Origin: an uncultured Hyphomicrobiales bacterium
GTDB lineage: Bacteria; Pseudomonadota; Alphaproteobacteria; Rhizobiales; Xanthobacteraceae
NCBI GenBank assembly: GCA_964538565.1
Contig: CAZIGW010000055.1
Location: 1,344-65,343, forward strand
Length of the DNA: 64,000 bases
Direction: 5' to 3'
The notes under the pieces are model-generated. The model was not told where the DNA came from. It worked only from the letters and a program-made list of their open reading frames with translations, and made no database searches. Both the position numbers and the translations under genes were made by a program. Of this stretch, positions 37,901-46,320 are shown piece after piece; the stretch's first letter is position 1; each line of letters begins with the position of its first letter.

Positions 37901-38683
37901 TCAGTGCAGCACGGCGCCGTCCGCGTGCAGCGCCTTCCACACCCGATACCGGGTCTCGGCGAATTCCTTGAGGCCGCGCACGACGCCGAGGTCCCCGCGC
38001 GGCCGCTTCAACGGAACGTCCATTGTCTCCGTCACGCGGCCCTCGCGCATCACCACGATGCGGTCGGCGATGAGCACCGCCTCGTCGAGGTCGTGCGTGA
38101 CGAACAGGATCGTCTTCCGGGTACGGGCGTGAATGTCGAGCAGCTCCGCCTGCATGGTCTCGCGGGTCTGCGCGTCGAGCGCGCCGAACGGCTCGTCCAT
38201 CAGCAGCACCTTGGGGTCGATCGCCAGCGCCCGGGCGATGCCGACGCGCTGCTTCATGCCGCCGGAGAGCTGATGCGGCCGCCGGTTCCAGGAATCGCGC
38301 AGGCCGACGAGGTCGAGATAGCGACTGGCCGTATCGCGCAGCTGCGCGCCGCGCATCCCCTTCATCTCGAGCGCGAACATCACGTTCTGCAGGGCGGTCA
38401 GCCACGGCAGCAGCTCGGCATGCTGGAACACCATGCCGCGATCGTGGCCACAGCCCTTGACCTCGCGCCCGTCGACCGTCACGCGGCCGCCGGTCGCGGA
38501 ATCGAGCCCCATGGCGATGCGCAGCGCGGTCGTCTTGCCGCAACCGCTCGGGCCGATGAGAGCAACGATCTCACCGTCGCGGACGGTGAAATTCACCCGC
38601 CGAAGCGCGTCGATCGTCTGCAGTTCACCCCCCACACGGAGCGTGAACCGTTTGGAAACGTCGATCAGACTGACTTCGCCCAT
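37901..38683 (-). CDS. NitT/TauT-family ABC ATP-binding protein (second system)
   Basis: C-terminal 260 codons of track ORF 37901..38962(-), from ATG 38683. Motifs [35 protein letters not shown]. Confidence 0.88.
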   Translation of the reverse strand: MGEVSLIDVSKRFTLRVGGELQTIDALRRVNFTVRDGEIVALIGPSGCGKTTALRIAMGLDSATGGRVTVDGREVKGCGHDRGMVFQHAELLPWLTALQNVMFALEMKGMRGAQLRDTASRYLDLVGLRDSWNRRPHQLSGGMKQRVGIARALAIDPKVLLMDEPFGALDAQTRETMQAELLDIHARTRKTILFVTHDLDEAVLIADRIVVMREGRVTETMDVPLKRPRGDLGVVRGLKEFAETRYRVWKALHADGAVLH

Positions 38684-39005
38684 ACCGCACTCCGCTGACG
38701 TTGCGCCGGCGCGACCGGCCGAGCCGAAGCACTGCCGCCCGTGCCCCGACCCTGCAAGTTCGAGGCCGATGCCGGTCCCGGGCACCCCGGTCCGGCGGCA
38801 GCCCTCGCAGCCATGCCTTCCGGCCCCTTTTTGGTTCGAAAACCGGTGCCCCGGCAACGTCGCCCGGCCCCGCCCCGGGCGGCAATCTAGCGACACCGGG
38901 CGGTTTGGTACACCGGTGTCTTTGCCGCAAGCCCACGGTCGGGGCCGGCACCCCGGCCCCACCGGCCCCGTGCCGGGATCTCGGAGCCTGCGACCTCGCG
39001 TCCCG

Positions 39006-39033
39006 CAAGAACTGCGTCACAAGAATTGCGTCG
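39006..39033 (+). promoter_or_regulatory. Tandem 14-bp direct repeat, candidate regulator binding site
   Basis: CAAGAACTGCGTCA (39006-39019) is directly followed by CAAGAATTGCGTCG (39020-39033), 12/14 identical. It lies about 135 nt upstream of the iorA-like ATG 39166. Confidence 0.35.
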
Positions 39034-39165
39034 CGCCGATGTTCCAATGACCGCGCGTCTGGACTAGGCTCGCGGTTCCGAAGCGTTCGTCAAGACGCCG
39101 CACGCCCGGGCTACGGCGGCCCCTGGATCCGCCGGACCTGGCAATTTCCGGGAGGCACTCCAGCC

Positions 39166-39633
39166 ATGCGCCAAAAATTTTCCCTGAACGTCAACGGGCA
39201 GGTCCACTCGGTGGAAGCCGATCCCGACATGCCGTTGCTCTATGCGCTGCGTAACGACATCGGCCTCAACAATCCGCATTTCGGTTGCGGGCTCGCGCAG
39301 TGCGGCGCCTGCACGGTTCATCTCGACGGCCAGCCCACCCGTTCGTGCATCACACCGCTCTCGGCCGTCGGCGACGCCAAGATCGTCACGCTGGCCGGGC
39401 TCGGCACGGAGGAGCATCCGCATCCGCTGCAGAAGGCCTACGTGGAAGAGCAGGTGCCGCAGTGCGGCTACTGCATCAACGGCTGGATCATGACCGCCGC
39501 CGCGCTCCTGCGCGAGAAGAAGAAGCCGACCGACGCCGAGATCAAGGACGCCCTGTCGGGGTTGAAGTGCCGCTGCGGGACGCATGTCGGCATTCTGCGC
39601 GCGGTGCGCCGCGCCGCCGAGATGATGGGCTGA
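39166..39633 (+). CDS. (2Fe-2S)-binding small subunit of an IorAB/aldehyde-oxidase-type molybdoenzyme (pair 1)
   Basis: Tail of ORF 38701..39633 from ATG 39166 (GGGAGG SD). Cluster motifs [29 protein letters not shown]. Confidence 0.9.
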   Translation: MRQKFSLNVNGQVHSVEADPDMPLLYALRNDIGLNNPHFGCGLAQCGACTVHLDGQPTRSCITPLSAVGDAKIVTLAGLGTEEHPHPLQKAYVEEQVPQCGYCINGWIMTAAALLREKKKPTDAEIKDALSGLKCRCGTHVGILRAVRRAAEMMG

Positions 39634-39644
39634 GGGAGGCGATC

Positions 39645-41948
39645 ATGACCAAGATGGACAAAGCCACCGCGTTCTCCCGCCGCGCAATCCTCAGGTCGGG
39701 TGGCGCGCTCGTCGTTTCGATCGGCATGCCGGTCGGTTTCAACACGGTGCTCGACATCCAAGCGGCTTACGCGCAGGGAGCGGCCTTCGCCGTCGACACC
39801 AAGCCGCCGCTCGTGCCGAGCGAGCTTGCCTCCTACATCGCGATCAACGCCGACGGCTCCGTCTCCGCCTTCTTCGGCAAGATGGACATGGGCCAGGGCC
39901 TGTTCGTCGCCATCGGCCAGATCGTGGCCGAAGAACTCGACGTGCCGTTCCACAGCGTCAAGGTGTTCATGGGGGACACCGCGACGAGCGTGAACCAGGG
40001 CGGCGCCTCCGGCTCGACCGGCATCCAGGACGGCGGCAAGCAGATGCGCGTGGCCGCCGCCGAGGCGCGGCGCGTGCTCGTCGAAATGGCCGCCGCCAAG
40101 CTCGGGCTGCCGTCCGATCAGCTGACGGTGACCGACGGCATCGTGCACGCCAAGAGCGACCTGTCGAAGAAAGTCAGCTACGGCGAGCTGATCGGCGGCC
40201 GCTACTTCAACGTCCAGCTCGACTGGAACAAGAAGTACGGAAACCCGCTCTACGCGCCCGGCAAGGCGCAGCCGAAGCCGGCGAGCGCGCACAGGATCGT
40301 CGGCCAGCCGATCAAGCGCGAGGACATCGCCCCGAAGGTCTACGCGCGGCAGGACTTCGTCACCGACATCAGGCGGCCCGGCATGCTGCACGGGCGGATG
40401 ATCCGCCCGGCGGTCGCCGGATCGGTCCCGGTGAAGGTCGACGAAAGCTCGATCAAGGACATCGCGGGCGCGAAGGTCGTCTGGCAGAAGGGTTTCCTTG
40501 CCGTCGTCGCCGAGCACGAATGGGACGCGATCCAGGCGGCGCAGAAGCTGAAGGTCGAGTGGTCGAACGCCAGCCCGCCCTTCCCCGAGCAGGCCTCGCT
40601 CTACGACCACATCCGCAAGACCGCCGCGCGCACGCGCCAGGTCGAGAAGGAGAACGGCAACGTCGAGGAGGCGTTCAAGAACGCCGCCCGTGTGATCGAA
40701 GCCGAGTACGAGTGGCCGTTCCAGTCGCACGCCAGCATGGGCCCGGCCTGCGCCGTGGTGGAGATCAAGGACGGCCTCGTCACCTGCTGGACCGGCTCGC
40801 AGAAGTCGCACTTCGTGCGCGAGGGCCTCGCCGACACGCTCGGCATTCCGGTCGAGAAGATCCATGCGATCTGGGTGCCGGGCCCCGGCTCCTACGGCCG
40901 CAACGACGCCGACGACGCCGCCATGGACGCGGCGGTGCTGGCGCAGGCGACCGGCCGCCCGGTGCGCGTGCAGTACATGCGTGAACAGGGCACCGGCTGG
41001 GATCCCAAGGGCCCGGCCTCGATCCACCGCGCGCGCGTGGCGATCGACGCGTCCGGCAAGGTGGTGGCCTACGAGTTCCTCAGCAAGGGATTCTCGCGCG
41101 TCGACGTCAACACCAACGGCGGCCACGCCAGGGACACGCTCGCCGGGCACTTCCGCGACGTGGCGCTGAAGTCGGGCGACGGGTTCGGCGTGCCGGCGGA
41201 ATCCTACGTGTTCGACAACAAGCGGCTCGCCTGGGAAACGATCCCGCCGCTGCTCGACCGCGCCTCGCCGCTGCGCAGTTCGCATCTGCGCGACCCGGTC
41301 GGACCGCAGATCCACTTCGCGAGCGAGTCCTTCATGGACGAGGTCGCGGCGGCCCTCAACGTCGACCCGGTCGAATTCCGGCTGCGCCACATCAAGGACC
41401 CGCGCGACGTCGCCGTCATCAAGGCGGCGGTGGGGAAGTCGGGCTGGCAGACGCGGCCCTCGCCGCGCAAGGACCAGACCGGCGAGACCGTCTCCGGCCG
41501 CGGCATCGCCTACGCGCAGCGCAACGGGACGCGCGTCGCCATCGTGGCGGAGGTCGAGATCAACCGCCGCACCGGCAAGATCTGGGCGCGCAAGTTCACC
41601 GTCGCGCACGACTGCGGCCAGATCATCAACCCGGACGGTCTGACCAAGACGATCGAGGCCAACATCGTGCAGGGGACGAGCCGCACGCTGTGGGAGGAGG
41701 TGAAGTTCGACAGGAAGTCGGTCACCAGCGTCGACTGGATGACCTACCCGATCCTCGACATCACCGAGACCCCGGAGACGATCGACGTGACGCTGATCAA
41801 CCGGCCCGAGATCGCGCCTTCCGGCGCCGGCGAGCCGTCGACCCGTCCGGTCGCGGCGGCCATCGCCAACGCGATCTTCGACGCGACCGGCGTGCGCATC
41901 CGGCGCGTGCCGTTCTCGCCTGACCACGTGAAATCGGCCCTGTCCTGA
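39645..41948 (+). CDS. Molybdopterin-binding large subunit, IorB/aldehyde-oxidase family, Tat-exported (pair 1)
   Basis: Tail of ORF 39285..41948 from ATG 39645 (GGGAGG SD). Tat signal FSRRAILRSGGALVV. XDH-family a/b hammerhead and Mo-binding domains (GQGLFVAIGQIVAEEL, SGAGEPSTRPVAAAIANAI). Confidence 0.88.
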   Translation: MTKMDKATAFSRRAILRSGGALVVSIGMPVGFNTVLDIQAAYAQGAAFAVDTKPPLVPSELASYIAINADGSVSAFFGKMDMGQGLFVAIGQIVAEELDVPFHSVKVFMGDTATSVNQGGASGSTGIQDGGKQMRVAAAEARRVLVEMAAAKLGLPSDQLTVTDGIVHAKSDLSKKVSYGELIGGRYFNVQLDWNKKYGNPLYAPGKAQPKPASAHRIVGQPIKREDIAPKVYARQDFVTDIRRPGMLHGRMIRPAVAGSVPVKVDESSIKDIAGAKVVWQKGFLAVVAEHEWDAIQAAQKLKVEWSNASPPFPEQASLYDHIRKTAARTRQVEKENGNVEEAFKNAARVIEAEYEWPFQSHASMGPACAVVEIKDGLVTCWTGSQKSHFVREGLADTLGIPVEKIHAIWVPGPGSYGRNDADDAAMDAAVLAQATGRPVRVQYMREQGTGWDPKGPASIHRARVAIDASGKVVAYEFLSKGFSRVDVNTNGGHARDTLAGHFRDVALKSGDGFGVPAESYVFDNKRLAWETIPPLLDRASPLRSSHLRDPVGPQIHFASESFMDEVAAALNVDPVEFRLRHIKDPRDVAVIKAAVGKSGWQTRPSPRKDQTGETVSGRGIAYAQRNGTRVAIVAEVEINRRTGKIWARKFTVAHDCGQIINPDGLTKTIEANIVQGTSRTLWEEVKFDRKSVTSVDWMTYPILDITETPETIDVTLINRPEIAPSGAGEPSTRPVAAAIANAIFDATGVRIRRVPFSPDHVKSALS

Positions 41949-41972
41949 ACCGGGTCGCTCTCGACGCTTCGA

Positions 41973-42003
41973 GGGGCCGGCGCTCGCCGGCCCCTTCTTT
42001 GTG
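41973..42003 (+). terminator. Rho-independent terminator after IorAB pair 1
   Basis: GGGGCCGGC-GCTC-GCCGGCCCC (perfect 9 bp) followed by TTCTTTGTG. Confidence 0.7.
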
Positions 42004-42151
42004 CGGGCCGGACGGCCTCGCTGCGATCCCCGCCGGGCCCCGCGCCGCGGCCGAAAGACCGTTTGCGCCCACCCCGGGTTCGTGGTTTTTATCGCTGCCG
42101 CCCGGGCGGCCGTGACTCGAACCAAACCCAACAAGCTGCGAGGAAACGTCG

Positions 42152-43234
42152 GTGAAGCAGGTCGAAGCTGCGGTGATCGGAACCGGATGGTGCGGGGGCA
42201 TCCGCGCCGAAACGCTGTCGCGCTCGGCGCTCGTGGACAAGCTGCACGTGTGCGAGATCCGCCCCGATCGGCTGGCGGAAATCAAGGCGGTCACCAACGC
42301 GGCGACCGCAACGCTCGACTATCAGGACATCATCCGCAATCCCGACATCTCGGTCGTCTACGTCTGCACCACGCCGGAGCAGACGCACTTTCCCATCACA
42401 CGCGACTGCCTGAAGGCCGGCAAGCACGTTCTGCTGGAGAAGCCGATCGCGATGCAACTGTGGGAGGCCGACGAGCTGATCACGATCGCGCGCCGCGGCG
42501 GCCTGAAATTCACCATCGGATATTCGCAGCGCTTCAACACCAAGTTCGCCTTCGCCAAGAAGAAGATCGTCGACGGCACGCTCGGCCGTCCGGTGAGCGT
42601 GATGGTCAGCCGCCACCTCAGCCGCAGCCTCGGCAAGAAGATCGCGAGCCGCGTGAAGCTCTCGCCGGTCGTCATGGAATCGACCCACGACCTCGATTTC
42701 GTGTTCTGGCTGCTCGAGCCGGCAAAGCCGGTGCGGGTCTACTCGCAGGGATCCTACGGCTACATGCAGGCGGTGAACGGCTCCTACGACTGCATGTGGA
42801 CCACGGTGACGATGGACAACGGCGTCGTGGTCGTGCTGGGCGGCGGCTGGAACCTGCCGCCGAGCTATCCGAACTACTGCTCGACCTGGGTGGAGATCAC
42901 CGGCACCGAAGGCGCGCTCATCCTCGACGACACTCATCGCGACAACTGGCTCAACACCGTGCAGGAGGGCACGCGCTTCCCGATGTCCACCATGCCGGGC
43001 GAGCAGGTCGACCACGTGTTCGCCGGGCAGATGGGCCCGGAGACGATCCATTTCCTCGAGTCCTGCATCATGGATCGCCCCGTCATGGTGACGCCGGAGA
43101 GCGCCCGCATGGTGATGGAGTGCTATACGGCCGCCGATCTCTCGGCCGAGCGCAACGAGCCGATCGACCTGCCGCTGTCGAACGAGGCCCTCTCCGCCAT
43201 CGCCGAGAACCATCAGCGGCAGGCCGTCGGCTGA
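42152..43234 (+). CDS. Gfo/Idh/MocA-family NAD(P)-dependent oxidoreductase
   Basis: ORF 42152..43234 (GTG start). Rossmann motif AAVIGTGWCGG. Family motif VLLEKPIA. Confidence 0.85.
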   Translation: MKQVEAAVIGTGWCGGIRAETLSRSALVDKLHVCEIRPDRLAEIKAVTNAATATLDYQDIIRNPDISVVYVCTTPEQTHFPITRDCLKAGKHVLLEKPIAMQLWEADELITIARRGGLKFTIGYSQRFNTKFAFAKKKIVDGTLGRPVSVMVSRHLSRSLGKKIASRVKLSPVVMESTHDLDFVFWLLEPAKPVRVYSQGSYGYMQAVNGSYDCMWTTVTMDNGVVVVLGGGWNLPPSYPNYCSTWVEITGTEGALILDDTHRDNWLNTVQEGTRFPMSTMPGEQVDHVFAGQMGPETIHFLESCIMDRPVMVTPESARMVMECYTAADLSAERNEPIDLPLSNEALSAIAENHQRQAVG

Positions 43235-43268
43235 GCCGGCACCGTCCTTCACGATCGCAGGAGGCATC

Positions 43269-45608
43269 ATGGCTGCGGCGACCGCCACGAACTCCGATCG
43301 CGCCTTGCGCCTCGAGGATCCGCCGCTGCTGCGCGGGGAAGGCCGTTTCGTCGACGACGTGCGGCGACCCAACCAGGCGTTTGCCGCGTTCGTCCGCTCG
43401 CCGCATGCCGCCGGCCGCATCCGCAAGATCGACACCGCGGACGCGTCGCGCGCGCCCGGCGTGGTCGCGGTTCTGACCGGGGCCGACATGATAGCAGCGG
43501 GCGCCGGCAGCATCTCGCGCCACCCGCCGATGGTCGGCCGCGGCGGCGCCAGGCTCGTGATGCCGTTCCGGCCCGCGCTCGCCGACGAACGGGTGGCGCA
43601 CGTCGGCCAGGCGGTTGCGCTCGTGATCGCCGATTCCGCCGGCCAGGCGCAGGACGCCGCCGAACGGGTCGCGGTCGACTACGAACCGCTGCCCGCCGTC
43701 ACGGACGTCCGCGCGGCCCTCGAAAAGGATGCGCCGCAGGTCTGGAGCGAAGCACCCGGCAACGTGGCGCTCGACTGGCCGGGCCCCGTGGCGGACGACG
43801 GCGCGAACGCGCGCGCGGTCGAGGAGGCATTCGCCGCGGCCGCGCACATCGCCCGGGTCTCGCTCGTCAACCAGCGGCTCGTCGTCGCCACCATGGAGCC
43901 GCGCGGCGCGACCGCCGAGTACGACGCAGCCGGTGATACCTATACGCTGCGCACCTGCTCGCAGAGCGCCGCGGTGGTGCGCGACCAGCTTGTCTCGATC
44001 ATGAACTGGCCGCGCGAGCGCCTGCGGGTCATCAGCGAGGATGTGGGCGGTGCCTTCGGGATGAAGACCCCCGTATACCCGGAGTACCCGGCGCTGCTCG
44101 TCGCCGCCAAGCACACCCGCCGGCCGGTGCACTGGATGTCGACCCGCTCCGAGGCGTTTCTGAGCGACAACCAGGGACGCGACGGAATTCTCGAGGCGGA
44201 GCTGGCGCTCGACGAAAAGGGAAAATTCCTCGCGCTGCGCGTACGCGAGCTTGCGAGCCTCGGCGCCTTCGTGACGCCGGCCGGCGCGCATCTCGCGACC
44301 ACCAATTTCGCGCGCTGCTTTCCCGGCATGTACCGCATTCCCCGCATCGACGTCGGGGTGAAGTGCGTGTTCACCAACACGGTGCCGACCGGACCCTATC
44401 GCGGCGCCGGACGGCCGGAAGCGAACTATCTGCTCGAGCGGCTGGTCGACGAGGCCGCGCGCGTCAGCGGCATCGACCGCGTGAGCCTGCGGCGGCGCAA
44501 CCTCATTCCGAAATCGGCGATGCCGTATCGCACGCCGGTCGGCACCACATACGACAGCGGCGATTTCCCGGCCGTGTTCGACAGGGCGCTAGCAGCGAGC
44601 GGCTACAAGGAATTTTCCCAACGCCGGCGCGAGGCCAGAAAGCGCGGAAAGTTTCGCGGCATCGGCATCTGCTGTTTCGTCGAGCACTCGGGCGGCCTGC
44701 CGACCGAGGGCGCCGCGATGACGTTTCCGGGCGATGGCCGGATCGAGGTGGGCATCGGCGTGCAGGCGACCGGCCAGGGCCATGCGTCGGTGTTCGGCCG
44801 CCTCGCCGCCGCGCGGCTCGGCGTGCCGGCCGATCGCGTCACGGTGCGGCAGGGCGACACGCAGCTCGGCGTGGCGAGCTCGGCTTCGGTCGCGTCCCGC
44901 TCGGCGATGGTGGTCGGCACCGCGATCGTGCGCGTCGCAGAGGCGGTGGTCGAGAAGGGACGCAAGGTTGCCGCGCAACTGCTCGAAGCGGCCGATTCCG
45001 ACATCACCTACCGGGACGGCATGTTCGCGGTCGCGGGCACCGACCGGCGGCTGTCGCTGTTCGAGGTCGCGGCACGGGCGAAAGACCTTCATGCACGCGG
45101 CGAGATCGCCGAGACGCTCGACACCAATCTCACGGCCGACACGCCTCAGACGTTTCCCAACGGCTGCCACGTCGCCGAGGTGGAGGTCGATCCGGAGACC
45201 GGCGTCGTCTGCGTGGTCACCTACACGGCGGTCGACGATTGCGGCAACGTGCTCGACCACATGATCGTCGAGGGACAGGTGCAGGGCGGCATCGCCCAGG
45301 GGCTCGGCCAGGCGCTGTTCGAGAATGTCGTGTACGACGGCGACAGCGGTCAACTCGTTACCGGGTCGTTCATGGACTACGCCATGCCGCGCGCGAGCGA
45401 CATGCCGGCGATCGTCGGCTCGGAGCTGTCCGTCGCCGCCACGACCAATCCGCTCGGCGTGAAGGGCGTCGGCGAGGCGGGCACGATCGGTTCGCTCGCC
45501 GCCATCATGAACGCCATCGCGGATGCGCTGCCGGAAGGAGCCGGCGCCAGGCTCGACATGCCGGCGACGCCCCAGCGGGTGTGGGACGCTTGCCGGTCGG
45601 CGTCATAG
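43269..45608 (+). CDS. Xanthine dehydrogenase/CoxL-family molybdopterin-binding large subunit (form II CoxL-like loop), no adjacent FAD subunit
   Basis: ORF 43269..45608. N-terminus LRLEDPPLLRGEGRFVDDV. Active-site loop GPYRGAGRPEA (about 44391-44414). C-terminus GVKGVGEAGTIGSLAAIMNAIADAL. Confidence 0.88.
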   Translation: MAAATATNSDRALRLEDPPLLRGEGRFVDDVRRPNQAFAAFVRSPHAAGRIRKIDTADASRAPGVVAVLTGADMIAAGAGSISRHPPMVGRGGARLVMPFRPALADERVAHVGQAVALVIADSAGQAQDAAERVAVDYEPLPAVTDVRAALEKDAPQVWSEAPGNVALDWPGPVADDGANARAVEEAFAAAAHIARVSLVNQRLVVATMEPRGATAEYDAAGDTYTLRTCSQSAAVVRDQLVSIMNWPRERLRVISEDVGGAFGMKTPVYPEYPALLVAAKHTRRPVHWMSTRSEAFLSDNQGRDGILEAELALDEKGKFLALRVRELASLGAFVTPAGAHLATTNFARCFPGMYRIPRIDVGVKCVFTNTVPTGPYRGAGRPEANYLLERLVDEAARVSGIDRVSLRRRNLIPKSAMPYRTPVGTTYDSGDFPAVFDRALAASGYKEFSQRRREARKRGKFRGIGICCFVEHSGGLPTEGAAMTFPGDGRIEVGIGVQATGQGHASVFGRLAAARLGVPADRVTVRQGDTQLGVASSASVASRSAMVVGTAIVRVAEAVVEKGRKVAAQLLEAADSDITYRDGMFAVAGTDRRLSLFEVAARAKDLHARGEIAETLDTNLTADTPQTFPNGCHVAEVEVDPETGVVCVVTYTAVDDCGNVLDHMIVEGQVQGGIAQGLGQALFENVVYDGDSGQLVTGSFMDYAMPRASDMPAIVGSELSVAATTNPLGVKGVGEAGTIGSLAAIMNAIADALPEGAGARLDMPATPQRVWDACRSAS

Positions 45609-45774
45609 GACACCGCGGCAACGCTGGCGACGCCGCCTTGCCGGGCGCTTGGCAACCCTCGCCGGGGACGCCGTACGCAAACCGCGACGCGCGTCCCACC
45701 ATGCGGGTCACCTTCGCGCGACCGCGCCCCGTCACGATTCTGTGAGACCGAGCGGAGCCGTCATAGGCGGGCCT

Positions 45775-45803
45775 TTTTGTAACAATTCAAAGCAGGCTAT
45801 GAT
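45775..45803 (+). promoter_or_regulatory. Candidate sigma70-type promoter in an AT-rich patch upstream of iorA2
   Basis: TTTTGT (45775-45780), 17-nt spacer, TATGAT (45798-45803), 50 nt upstream of ATG 45854. It is the only AT-rich stretch in the 245-bp spacer. Confidence 0.3.
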
Positions 45804-45853
45804 CCCGGCAAAACGAACGCACGCAAACGCGCAGCGACTGCGAGGAGGAAGGG

Positions 45854-46306
45854 ATGATTCGTCTTACCATCAACGGAACCGCGCATGAGGTCGACGTCGA
45901 GCCCGACACTCCGCTGCTGTGGGTCTTGCGCGAACAGGTCGGCCTGACTGGCACCAAGTACGGCTGCGGCATCGCCCAGTGCGGCGCCTGCACGGTCCAC
46001 ATCGACGGCGTGGCGACCCGCTCCTGCGGTCTGCAGGTGGGCGACGCGGTCGGAAAGCAGATCACCACGATCGAAGGTCTCGCTTCCAACGGCAGCATGC
46101 ACCCGGTGCAGAAGGCCTGGCTCGATCTCGACGTGCCCCAGTGCGGCTATTGCCAGAGCGGCATGATCATGGCGGTCGCGGCCCTCCTGAAGGAGAAGCC
46201 CAAGCCCACCGATGCCGATATCGACGAGGCGATCACCAACATCTGCCGATGCGGCACGTACCAGCAGGTTCGCGCCGCGATCCACGCTGCTGCCACGAAC
46301 GCGTAA
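45854..46306 (+). CDS. (2Fe-2S)-binding small subunit of an IorAB-type molybdoenzyme (pair 2)
   Basis: ORF 45854..46306 (GAGGAGGAAGGG SD). Cluster motifs [28 protein letters not shown]. Confidence 0.92.
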   Translation: MIRLTINGTAHEVDVEPDTPLLWVLREQVGLTGTKYGCGIAQCGACTVHIDGVATRSCGLQVGDAVGKQITTIEGLASNGSMHPVQKAWLDLDVPQCGYCQSGMIMAVAALLKEKPKPTDADIDEAITNICRCGTYQQVRAAIHAAATNA

Positions 46307-46320
46307 AGGGGGAGGCAGCC

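Noticed and set aside
39468-42134. 888-aa minus-strand ORF
   Set aside because: It is antisense to IorB pair 1 and has the same low-complexity character. It also crosses the plus-strand terminator at 41973-42003.
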